Shown here in pieces: positions 1-11,585 of a DNA stretch of 64,000 nucleotides (position 1 is its first letter; each line of letters begins with the position of its first letter). This stretch comes from Octopus sinensis (taxonomy: Eukaryota), in the NCBI RefSeq assembly GCF_006345805.1, contig NW_021836149.1:1-64000 (forward strand), read 5' to 3'. A program made the position numbers and the translations under genes. The notes beneath the pieces were generated by a model that saw only the letters and a list, made by a program, of their open reading frames with translations, ran no database searches and was not told the origin of the DNA.

Positions 1-284
1 TTTGTGTGTGTGTCTGTTTGTGTGTGTAAGGGGTGGATAGAGACACCAACATTTAAAAGACATGGATTCTTCTTTCAAAACGATTTCTCTTCATTGTTTT
101 TCTTTGCAATGCGAGAAAGAAAAGTGGGGGGAAATCCTGATAAAAACAGAAAAAATCAAGCATCTATTTCCAGTTTCCAGTAGAGATAGGTGGAGTACAG
201 TGAGTAATATTTACGGCACTTTTGACTTCGAAAAAATATTTTTCACAAATGTTCACTACCTTGCAAAAACTATATCAGCAGTAT

Positions 285-443
285 AGTTAGACAAGGAAGA
301 CCACGACTATCTATAACCGTCTACTTCGTACTTTCTCTATATATACTGGCTGACATCACCTTATTTATAATGACTTCACATACCACTTGTCACGTGAGAG
401 GGGTGTACTATTATTTCTATTATCCCCACAACATCTCCCTTTC
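285..443 (-). mobile_element. Gypsy 3' LTR remnant with polypurine tract
   Basis: Minus strand reads GAAAGGGAGA (PPT, 443-434) directly followed by TGTTGTGGGG (LTR start at 433), just downstream of the integrase relic. The distal LTR end is not clear. Confidence 0.55.
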
Positions 444-449
444 AGATTT

Positions 450-2181
450 TTCTTTTTTTCTTAGAGAATGTCATTTTATTTCTTTTAATAGCAATACTTT
501 TTATATCACCCGACCTCCCTTTTTTTGGGTTCTTTTCTTAGTTACACATTTAATATATTTTCCATTTGGCATCTACTTCCAGGAACTCCATACATTTTTC
601 TTATGCTTGTGCGTCTGGGATCAATCACCTGTGGTAGCATTATACTTGAAAAGTATCTTATAAACATTCCACTGGTTCTTGCATTCTCTCGGGTTCACTT
701 TCAACGAATCTTTTTCCAGCTGGTTCATGTGTCTCTTGTATTCGCCTTTTCTACTTTCCACCAAGTATAGCATTTTTTTTTATCTGTTTGGTAATCACGC
801 CATCTCCCCAACTCTGTTTTCCTTTCTTAGATGCCCTCACAAATACATTTTCATCAATTCTGAAAGATGTTGCTGCATTTTCCTTTGCAATTTTTCTTTT
901 CTTACCAATGGTGACATACATACAGATATATTTGAATTTGCTGTCACACGATATACACTTAAGAATTGTTGCAGAGCTAACTCATCCATGACTCCCTTAT
1001 TTGACTTCCTTAGGGGTTCCCTTGAATATATCGACAAAGCGTTCGACTCGCCCACTAGATCCGGTATGGTATGACGCCATAGTTACATGTTCTACAGCAA
1101 ACGTTTTGCAGAACATTTTTAATTCAAAACACAAATTGCATCCCATTATCAGACACCATGGCGTCTGGGACACCAAATCTCACAAACAGCGCACGTAAAA
1201 AATTTGTCACACTTGAAGAGGTTGTTTTTTTACACTTACAAATTTCTGGCCATTTGGAGAAACTATCAGCTACCACTAAGTAGTCTGAATCGTTTAAAGG
1301 ACCAGCGAAATTGATGTGTAGTCTCGTCTACTGAACATTTACTTTTGGCCAAGGTTCACATTTTATCATCGGTAATTTTGCTACTAGAGCACATCCTCTA
1401 CAGCCTATCACTAAATTTTCGATTTCTGTATCTATTTTTGGCCAGTACTCACAGCTGCACATTAAAGCTTGGATCTTTTCGGTTTGAACGGCAGTTTTTT
1501 CTAGCGGTGTCATATGAAATTGTCACCATAATTATGACCCTAGTATCGATCTATTGCATTTCAATCTGTTTTAGGGTTAGGGTTAGTTAGGGGTGGGGAA
1601 AGGGTATCTTTTTTTCTTCACAAATGTAAATAAACCCAATCTGTTTCTTAAACGAGAGACATATTCATACGGCACAGACTGTTTTTTTTACCTCAATAGA
1701 CGTCACTGATTGGTTGAAATTGCAGAAATTGAAGAAAAAAAACAACAAATATCTTACAAACAATAAAGTCAAGATAAAAAGATGTTTTATAAACACATTC
1801 TACCAGTATACGAAGTTTAAAATTTTTTAGTTACCTAGAAATTATGTTAAAAACTGCCGTTCAAACCGAAAAGATCCTAAAGCTTTCATCCCCGAAATAT
1901 CAGGATGTCCGAAATGAAATTCCCTCGACATTTTCTTTCGTAGTGTTTCAAGTATCACTACTCTCTGTACACCATCACAAATTGAGTATAGGTTCACGTC
2001 TTGGTTTTGTTTCGCACCAATATTATTCCTATTTACATTTCCTGACCACAATGTTCTTTTCACTTCTCTTATGAATCTGTCTTTTACTACATTTCGCTTT
2101 ATGTCTTCTAGGGTTACTGTTATTTTGCGTACCACATTTCTCATTGCATTTTTTATTTCTCCTTCTGCTCTTGAAGCTGCA
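450..2181 (-). pseudogene. Degenerate Ty3/Gypsy pol fragment (integrase zinc finger and core), split by a MITE
   Basis: Minus-strand peptides REFHFGHPDISGMKAL | MCSCEYWPKIDTEIENLVIGCRGC (HHCC), HINFAGPL..YLVVADSFSKWPE, FVRFGVPDAMVSDNG, LRKSNKGVMDELALQQFLSVYRVT; stops and frameshifts present. Confidence 0.9.
1471..1877 (+). mobile_element. MITE family M1 (GGATC termini, 8-bp TSD)
   Basis: TIRs GGATCTTTTCGGTTTGAACGGCAGTTTT / AAAACTGCCGTTCAAACCGAAAAGATCC; perfect TSD TAAAGCTT on both sides; interrupts the integrase frame. Confidence 0.95.
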
Positions 2182-2710
2182 AATTGTAAAATTTAAGCAT
2201 ATCATAAGAGTGTAGTTGCCCACGGATATATATTCAGAAAATAGAAAGGCCATTGTGGTCGACAAAGACACATACAAGAGACTAGTAGACATGTGCGGAA
2301 AAAAGATTGACCCGCCCGGAGTGTGAGTGGAGTTCGATGAACTGCCACCCGTACTTGAACTCAGAGACGTTGGAGCCTTTCATGAGGTACAAAAATGTAA
2401 AGAAAAAAGAGTAAGTAAAATTATTTTGCTGAAAGAAAAAAAAGGCAAAAGTAAAAGTGTTTCAATGAAAAAAAAGAGGAAAAAAGATGATTAAGAAAAA
2501 ACAATAGAAAAATAGAACGATTGTGAATAGTTTGTATAAACGTTCAAATGGTACTGCATGGAAATGAGGCCCCTGCAGCCATTTCATTTCTTCATATAAC
2601 ATTTCATTCTCGTTCGTTCTATGTTTTATATCCCCATTGTGGTGTTGTGTCTGTCCTTGTAGTGTCCCCCTCTGTATTGTGGCCGTGTTGCCAAATAAAG
2701 AAATTCTGAC
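2182..2710 (+). mobile_element. 3' part of an upstream copy of the ORF1-like element (direct repeat of 4190-4506 plus 3' UTR)
   Basis: 2182-2519 aligns with 4190-4506; it is followed by a UTR-like stretch ending in AAATAAAGAAAT near 2692-2704. Confidence 0.7.
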
Positions 2711-2888
2711 ATTTATTTGTATTCAAGTTGTTGATAACGGAGTGTTTTTATCGTGAGAGAGTTAAATATTTGTTGGATCTTTTCCTTTTGATGGACGGAA
2801 TTCAACACAATTTCATATTTGTTTGTTACTGTTCGAATTGTTGATATTGTAAATTGTTGTTTTATTTATTTTTTCCATTGAGGGAAAA

Positions 2889-4401
2889 ATGGAAAAAACG
2901 CCAGCGATCGACCACAGTTATGCGGCCGCAACTGGAAAAGGAACTGAAGAGGAAACGCTGGAAATAAGTGAAATTCAGGTAGAACCAAGAAACATGAAGA
3001 AATATGAGAAGTTACTGGAGAAAGAAGGAGATGCATTGAAGTTGACGCCACCTGCAGACCTGACAAGCAGTGTAACGAAACGAACAGTTATATGTAAAAC
3101 AATGAAGATAGCAACGAGAAGGATAGAGATTGCGACAGTGGAGGAAATTGAAGAGGTTTTGAAAAGCATTAGAAAACTAACGACATATATAACAAGAGGA
3201 AGGAAGTATGCCATCGTGGAGGTATGCTTTGCGGCAGAGGAGGGGGCAGTTGGACACGCAGCGGAGAGATCGGAGGAGTGGGTACTTTTGCCGTTGTGCA
3301 GTGGCAAACGTGTGGCCAGAGTGCAACTAAGCAAAGTATCTCAGAACTAGAAGAAACATGGCTGATGACAGCCATAATGTTCAACATGAAAGATGAGGCC
3401 AAGATACTGAAGGCTACAAGGACAAATAGAATCAACGGATCTTTTCGGTTTGAACGGCAGTTTTTTCTAGCGGTGTCATATGAAATTGTCACCCATAATT
3501 ATGACCCTAGTATCGATCTATTGCATTTCAATCTCTTTTAGGGTTGGGAAGGGTATCTTTTTTTCTTCACAAATGTAAATAAACCCAATCTGTTTCTTAA
3601 ACGAGGAACATATTCATACGGCACAGAATGTTTTTTAACTCAATAGACGTCAGTGATTGGTTGAAATTGCAGAAATTGAAGAAAAAAACAACAAATATGT
3701 TACAAACTATAGAATTTTCTCAATAAAGCCAAGAGAAAAAGATGTTTTATAAACACATTCTAACAGTATACGAAGTTTTTAATTTTTTAGTTACCTAGGA
3801 GGGGTTCACAGTGGTGGAAAGAAGGAAAAGTGGAAAAGTGAGCCCGCCGCCAGGTAACCAGAAAAAGAAAAAAGAAGAGGTGGAAATGAAAGATGCGACC
3901 AGAAGGAAGGAAGACACAATGGTGGTGGAGAAAGAAAGTGAAAAAGTAATTGGAAAGGTGTGCGAGAATGAGTTACAGAAGGAGGAAACAGCGTTGAAGG
4001 CGCCGGTTAATTCAACGAAGGAGAAAGATTCAAGAGTGCAACTGTATGAGGGTGAAATGGAGAAATTGTTCAGAGTGGAGATAGAAAAGGAAAAGGTACC
4101 AGAAATAGAAGTAGAAAAGAGAAAACCAAGAAGAGGAAAAAATAAATGGAACTTCGTAACATATGCATAAAACAAAGAGGTGGAAAGAAAAATTGTAAAA
4201 TTTAAGCATATCATATGAGTGAAGGTGCCCACGGATATATATTCAGAAAATAGAAAGACTATTGTGGTCGACAAAGACACATACAAGAGATCAGTAGACA
4301 TGTGCGGAAAAAAGATTGACCCGCCTGGAGTGTTGGTGGAGTTCAATGAACCGCCACCCATACTTGAACTCAGAGACGTGGAGCCTTTCATGAGGTATTA
4401 A
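2889..4401 (+). pseudogene. L1/Tx1-type ORF1 (gag-like) relic, frameshifted and interrupted by a truncated MITE
   Basis: MEKTPAIDHSYAAAT (SYAAA motif), RRM-like YAIVEVCF..RVARVQL region, EGFTVVERRK motif, charged C-terminus; no ORF2 follows. Confidence 0.6.
3437..3798 (+). mobile_element. MITE M1 copy lacking the right TIR
   Basis: Left TIR and body nearly identical to 1471-1840; ends at TTACCTAG. Confidence 0.9.
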
Positions 4402-4538
4402 AATGGGAAAAAAAAGAGTAAAATTGTTTTGTTGAAAAAAAAAGAAAGGAAAAAGTAGAAGTGTTTCAATGGGAAAAAAATATGATTAAGAAAAAACAAT
4501 AGAACGTGTATGTGTGCACGCAGCTGTATATGCATGCA

Positions 4539-4836
4539 CTAGCACTATGACCCGGCGTTGCCAGGTCATAGTGCTAGTAATATAATGAAATGTTTCGTAA
4601 GTGCTGAATGAATTTTAAGGTGTGCTCTACCTTTTTTCACAGCAATGAATGGGGCACAAAGCTGATTTTCTGACAGATTCGAATATCACCGAAAACGATG
4701 TTATTAGCACTACACTGTCACCAAAAGATCACCTAAACTATCACCACTTTTGATTATCAACTCATAAAAACATTCCGTTTGCTCTTAACTCGTTGTCTTT
4801 GTTTTTTTTTTAGTTAACCATTGTCCTGTCTATAGA
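4539..4836 (-). mobile_element. Non-autonomous Helitron
   Basis: 3' CTAG|T terminus with hairpin at 4538-4578; candidate A|TC 5' start (TCTATAGAC) at 4836. Confidence 0.55.
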
Positions 4837-5871
4837 TTTAGTCTTAATTTGAATTATTGTGTGAGGTTGCTACATTAATTTTGTTAACCCTTCGAGCCCT
4901 TCAGTTCAATGACTGAAACAAGTAGAAAGCAAAGGTATTATCTGTTATTTTATACCAGTTACTTGTTTCATTCTGGGGTACCACATCGAAGGTTTTAGTC
5001 GAATAACGCGACACAACCTCAATCATGAGTTCTCTTGTGATGAAAACAATGCAATTATTATTACATGCATCATTTGTTTTTGTTTTTTAATGGATTAGTC
5101 AGAAAAGTTAGGACAGAAACTATGGCATTTACAATGTCTTCATTATTAGTGAGAAGAAAGGATAAAATTTTTCCCGGGATGGAGAGCTAGCTTCAATGCA
5201 TGCAACGTAGTGTTCTCTGCTAGAGAGAGCCAAGTGCAAGGTGATGGGGAAACTCAATAACTGATTAAGTTTATCTCTCAAATTTATTAAGGTATGTACT
5301 TCAATCTCAGCATCTAAAATGATAAAATTAACTTCAATTAATGATTCTGGGAAAGGTATATCCAACACATGACCAGTACTATTCACCTCTCCACATACCT
5401 CAAAGAAATTCATATTAGATTACAAAATCATTACTAATGCAATTTAGTGATGGAACTAATGTAATTTAGTATTGTAAGGAGATGACAAAAATAATTTTCA
5501 AAAGAAGGGATAGTTGTGAATAACTATCAAATGATAGAAAATTGAAGAGGAAAATTACACAACTTCTGTATTATGAAGTGTCTTCACTGAACTAATGAAT
5601 GATCTTTCTAAAATTTATTACATTACTAATGGTTCTAATAAAGCAATTTTCTTTTCTTTACATAAACTCCTTTGCATCCAATCATTTAATTTCAAAAGAA
5701 ATGCAATAATTTAACTCAAATATAGGACTTAGTTTTATCATATTTTCCTTTTACAGCTAATCTAGAATGAGTTCAATACCTGTGAACATGATTTTAATGA
5801 CTTCATAAAATCTTACATATTCAAATGGAGAAATGCAATATATACATACCCCTCATTCATTGGATAATAAA

Positions 5872-6397
5872 CTTTTCTTGTGAAGACCTTCTAAGGCAAG
5901 TGAAATCAAATCAAAACGATATGGCCGATGACAGTACCGCCTGATTGGCATTCGTGCCAGTGGAACGTTAAAAGTACATCCGACCTTGATTGTTGCCAGA
6001 GCCACAGATTAGCTCCCATGCTGGTGGCACATAAAAAGCACTGTTCGAGCGTGATTGTTGCCAGCATTGCCTTACCAGCACATGTGCTGGTGGCACATGA
6101 AAAATAACATTCAAGTATGGGTGTTGCCAGTGCTGCTGGACTGGCTCCCGTGCAGGTAGCACATAAAAACTACCTTTCAAGCATGGTCGTTGCCAGAACC
6201 ACCTGACTGGCCCTCGTGCCAGTAGCACGTAAAAGCACCCGCTACACTCTTGGAATGGTTGGTGTTAGGAAGGGCATCCAGCTGTAGAAACTTTGCCAGA
6301 TCAGATTGAGCCTGGTGCAGCCTTCTGGCTCACCAGCCCTCAGTCAAACCATCCAACCCATGCCAGCATGGAAAGTGGACGTTAAACAATGATGATA
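5872..6397 (+). mobile_element. RTE-clade LINE 3' end / RTE-derived SINE with internal ~66-bp tandem units
   Basis: Five GTGCyGGTGGCACrTAAAAAGCAC-type units, shared body AGGAAGGGCATCCAGCTGTAGAAAC...CCAACCCATGCyAGCATGGAAA, (GAT)n tail. Confidence 0.75.
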
Positions 6398-6819
6398 ATA
6401 TATACATGTACGTATGTATATATCTTTTGCTCTTCTTTCATATTTATGCCACACCTGGAAACAATCCTTGAGTTGTATCTATGGTTTATACTGGGATTTG
6501 CTACCCAAATGTATACATACCTGCAGTACACCGTCAACAAATACACCTGGTCGGTCTTTACCTTATTGTAAACTCAATGCTTTGGTACCCAGCCAGTCTT
6601 AGTGTCTACTTGTTGATATGCCTAGATTCTAATGCATCCTGTAACGAATGTGTGTGTGTATGTGTTATTCTTGTGAAAAAGGTGAATAGGCAAAAGCAGT
6701 ATAGAACTGTGCTATTTGACTTACAGTATTATTTTTAACTAGTTTTAACTTCAGACTTCACATAGCCTGCTTTGTATTCTGTGTTTCTCTGAAATTTATA
6801 ATATCCATTTCTAACATAA

Positions 6820-7120
6820 GTGGTGGCACATGGCCTAGTGGTTGGAGCAGTGGGCTCGCAGTCGAGGGATCGCGGGTTCAAATATCAGACCGGACGATAT
6901 GTGTGTGTGTTTATGAGTGAAACACCTAAGCTCCACGTGGCGCCAGCAGAAGGTAATGGCAAACTTCTGCTGACTCTTTTGCCACAACTTTCTCTCCCTC
7001 TTTCCACCTGCATCTTGCAGCTCACCTGCAATGGACCGGCGTCCCGTCCAGGTGGGGAACTTATATGCCAAGGAAACTGGGAAACTGGCCCTTATGAGCC
7101 TGGCATGGCTCGAGAATAAA
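6820..7120 (+). mobile_element. tRNA-derived SINE (family D)
   Basis: Box A TGGCCTAGTGG, box B GGTTCAAAT; 3' domain GCAATGGACCGGCGTCCCGTCCAGG resembling conserved SINE central domains. Confidence 0.7.
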
Positions 7121-7639
7121 CAAAGAATTTCTAATATAGGCACAAGGCTACCAATTTGAGAGAGCATGTTTTTAATTATATCAATTCCTGTAAATAAATG
7201 GTACATACTTCATCAACCTCAGAAATATAAACTGTGAAATAGACACTAGCAGCCTTTGTACTCTGAATATAAAAATATGTAGTTGATGAATAATTCTTAT
7301 CATCATTGTTTTACATCCACTTTTGATACATTTTTCTAGTGTTTTACTGCCAGCTGCTCTTCTTGGATCCAACTCCTTCAGTCACTTCTCATAACAAACA
7401 GGAATGTTGTGTCCCTGTCATAAAATCAAGAGAGACATATTAAACATAACTAAACACCAAAAAGTATTTTGACTCCTTAGTCAATACACTTCATTCCTTC
7501 TCAGGTCAGTAGTAAAAATAATAATCTACTGGAGTTGATCCTATCCTTGTAGTTCCTGTTGCAGAAATTGTGTCATGTCATGAAAAAAAACCCACTGCAT
7601 TGTTAACATCTTTGAATGTATATCTTCTTTCTGAGGAAT

Positions 7640-7960
7640 TTCAACCGTGTTTCGTGGTCTGCTACTACAACAGCTCCTTTATAGGATCCAGTTAGCTCAA
7701 GACATCATCAGGAGGAACCATGTCCGGTTTCGGCCCCTACTCATCTACCGTTTTGACGTGGCGGGCCCCCTCCTTTCGGGGTTGTATTCAGCTCTGGTGT
7801 TGGGTGCATGTCTTCTTTCTTCTTCTTTCTTCTGTTCCCTGGCCTCTTTGATGTAGTGTCAATGAGTGTCAGTGGGTGACTGACTGTCTTGTGAAATTTC
7901 CCTTTGTATGTGTTTTAAAAGTCTTGAAATTGTTGAAATTACTGTCTTTTATTATATATA
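7640..7960 (-). mobile_element. Penelope-like terminal fragment with hammerhead-like core
   Basis: Minus strand CTGATGA...long hairpin...CGAAAC at 7711-7649. Confidence 0.45.
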
Positions 7961-9945
7961 GGTCCTTATTTACAAATTCCATATAGATCTTCTGTGCATT
8001 ATGACTCAAAAATCTTCAAACTAGAAATAGCAGTATTCCTCATCACTAAGCTCAAAAGTATGAATTTTCATTTACAACATGGCACCAGAAAACAAAAGCT
8101 CCATAAATCTCACAAATCTAAAGTAGAAATGAAGCTTTATAGTCACATTTATACTTCTAATTTTGGAGTCAGTTTGTTTCTATATTTTACATGTGTATAT
8201 ATATATATATATTTTCTTTTTTTTTTTTTGATATCTACTGTTAATTTATTATGTGATGAAAAGCTGAATATTAGGCAATTTGGCTTTATGATGGTGAATT
8301 TTAAAATGCATTTCAATCTTTTATTCAAGTTAAAACTCAGTATTACAAAGAAAAAAATGTGCCCTCCTAATGCAAATATATCCATATTATAAGCCAGAGA
8401 AAAATATTGTTGTTCTTTTGGGTTTGTTTTTTAGTGCATACATTTAGAAATGTTTTTATTGGAGAAATATTTCACTAAATTTTGTATGAGTTCCATTCAA
8501 AAATGTTGTTATAGTTAAATCTATTAACTGGAATCCAACAGATTTGAATCCTTTTGAGAAACAAGTCTTTGATGATTTCTCTCAATCATAGACTGTATGT
8601 GGTCATGCCAACAGTTTCTACTTTATCTGAAGGAAAATGTGAATAGCTGTGTCAAAAGTCAGTTGGAAATATAGCTGTAATTTCATTTAAGCATAAAGGA
8701 TAGCAGAATAGAATATGGAGATTTTTATTTTCTCAAAGAATTTGTATTCTAAATGTCTCTGGAAAATATTGCCTAATCCAATAACATTTACAAATAACTC
8801 TGAACAAATTCTGAAATAAATGGGTTCTTTTAATAATAGCTAATCAGCAATAATTAATAATCAACACATTAAGAATTGGATGAATATATCATTAGCCCAG
8901 ATGATCTAATAGCTAATATCCTTTAAGTAATTTTTTTAAAGCATTTTCTGTTCCTGGTTATAAATAAAAATAGGTGTACAAAATTTCATTCATATGTATT
9001 TTGTCTCCTTAGGTATGGAGACTAAATATGCTATAGATGAAATTCTGTATATTTAAATCTATGAAATGTCATAGATAGGACATTGGAACAATGTCCCAAA
9101 TTCATGTGTTTAGAGATGTTGATCTCTAAGGCAATGAATAATTTTTGTTTCATGCCCCAAAGAGCAACAGAAATTACTTGAATGTTGCACCTTTATTTTA
9201 TTTTTTTATATTTAAAGTTATAAATTCTATATTTATTGTGATTTTGGTGTCTCTGTCAGAGAAGACATAAAGCAAAATATAAACTGTTTACAAGAAGACA
9301 TTGTCTCACAAGAATGAGTAGGTGGTTATTTTGGGAACGTTACCGATTTCTGGTATCAAGATAATGAAATGTGTTTGCTTCGTAACACACTTAGATATTT
9401 TACCAATCAACTAATCCTTGATTTTTGAAGTATGGAACAGTTTTACTACCAACATCACCTGAATAGTCATGCAGTGTGTATGTATGCGCATGTCATACAG
9501 TATATTTATGCATCTGAGACTAAGAACCAATTCCAATTCTAGTCACTTTCTTGTCGCATTGTACATTGATATAAAGTAAATTCATAAGTATCTATCTTTA
9601 GATGTGTATAACTACGTGGTTGTACATGAATATTTGAATAGCTATCCTGCTACCTGTCGATAAAATGTGTGTGTGTGATCATTATTATCATCAATATCAT
9701 TTAATGTCCAGCTTCCATACTGGGCAGAATCTGATAAGTTGAAGAGCAATGTGTTGCTGTAGCATTAATAACAGTAATCTTTTCTTTCCAAAATACATTC
9801 ACGCATATATATATGAAGCTGAATCAAACCATTACAAATAATATATATGTATATATGTGTGTATAATATATATATAATGTAAAAATAAATGTATATATAT
9901 CTATATATACGTGTATATATATATATACATATATATATACATTTA

Positions 9946-10206
9946 TGGCTGGTTTCCATGTGCCGGTGGCACGTAAAAAGCACCAACCAATCGTGGCCGT
10001 TGCCAGCCTCTTCTGGCTCCTGTGCCGGTGGCACGTAAAAAGCACCCACTACACTCATGGAGTAGTTTGCGTTAGGAAGGGAATCCAGCTGTAGAAACAC
10101 TGTCAGATCAGACTGGAGCCTGGTGCAGCCTCCTGGCTTCCCAGACCCCCGTTGAACCGTCCAACCCATGCTAGCATGGAAAACGGACATTAAATGATGA
10201 TGATGA
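9946..10206 (+). mobile_element. RTE 3' end / RTE-derived SINE (duplicated at 11287-11547)
   Basis: Same body and (GAT)n tail as 5872-6397; two internal units. Confidence 0.75.
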
Positions 10207-10244
10207 TATATGCTTGTGTGTGTGTGTCTGTGTGTGTGTGTATA

Positions 10245-11171
10245 CGAGGCGCTAGCCAATAGTAACCAGAAACGTTCTCTGACACAAGCCCATTATAGTT
10301 CAGGCTTCCGCTGCTGGAATCTACTTGATGCAAACCTCAGGCTTCAGTCTGCCGACCAGCGGCGTTAGGTGAGGTCGTACTACCACGTGGTGTGTCTTTG
10401 TTTTGCAGTGCTTCTCCCTACTTTGTCGACTTTTGCGACGGGTGGAACGAAAGAACAGCGTGCTTCCGTGAAATTCTGTTTCCTGCTGGGGAAAAAAGGC
10501 GGCCAAAACAGTTGTCATGCTTCAAACAGCTTACAAGGACGCTGCCATGAGCAAAACACAAATTTACGAGTGGTTTTCATGCTTTAGGAACGGTTACTTG
10601 TCACTTGAAAACCAACCCCGTTCAGGGCGGCCGTCGACCTCCCGTTCAAAAGAAAACATCATGAAATTTCATGAATTGGTCTTGGAGGACCGTTACCAAA
10701 CAACTGGACTCGTATCTTGGAGCGCCTGCCATCAAAATTTGAGCGAGGAGTTGCGAATGAAAACAGTTGCAGCAAAATTTGTGTCTCGCTTGGTCACGGA
10801 AATTTGTGCCTCACTTCCTCACGGAAATTTTAGCCTCGCTTGCTCAAAAGTAGTCAGAACTGAATGCATGTCGTGAACTGAAAGAATACCAGGAAGTCGT
10901 CCCAGACCTTTTTACGAAGGTCATCACTTGATGATGAAAGCAGGTGCTACGGAATTGGTAAATGTGAAAGAGGTGAAGAAAAAAACGACGGAGACTTTAA
11001 CAGCAATACTTCACAGAAGTTCCAGCACTGCTTCGAACTGTGGAAAATGCATGTGAACCGATGCACTGCTTCAAATGGAGAATATTCTGAAGGCGATAAA
11101 AGTGTAAACATGTAAAACTAAGTAAATGAAATAAGATTGCAAAATTCCGGTTTCTTTTGGGTAACCACTCG
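10245..11171 (+). mobile_element. Internally deleted mariner element
   Basis: TA TSD, CGAG...CTCG TIRs; peptides EQRASVKFCFLLGK, MLQTAYKDAAMSKTQIYEWF...PRSGRPSTS (HTH), AKFVSRL, VITxDE, then a jump to FQHCFELWK..RC.ASNGEYSEGD. Confidence 0.9.
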
Positions 11172-11585
11172 TATATGTGTGTGTGTGTATGTATGTATGT
11201 GTATATATATATATAATGTAAAAATAAATGTATATATATCTATATATACGTGTATATATATATATACATATATATATATACATTTATGGCTGGTTTCCAT
11301 GTGCCGGTGGCACGTAAAAAGCACCAACCAATCGTGGCCGTTGCCAGCCTCTTCTGGCTCCTGTGCCGGTGGCACGTAAAAAGCATCCACTACACTCATG
11401 GAGTAGTTTGCGTTAGGAAGGGAATCCAGCTGTAGAAACACTGTCAGATCAGACTGGAGCCTGGTGCAGCCTCCTGGCTTCCCAGACCCCTGTTGAACCG
11501 TCCAACCCATGCTAGCATGGAAAACGGACATTAAATGATGATGATGATATATGCTTGTGTGTGTGTGTCTGTGTGTGTGTATATA

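Noticed and set aside
5129-5413. 94-aa minus-strand ORF in non-repetitive DNA
   Set aside because: No recognisable domain or splice context; length is within chance expectation.
5950-6240. CRISPR-like repeat-spacer periodicity (~66 bp)
   Set aside because: Spacers are homologous to each other, repeats are degenerate, the array lies inside a eukaryotic retroposon, and there are no cas genes.
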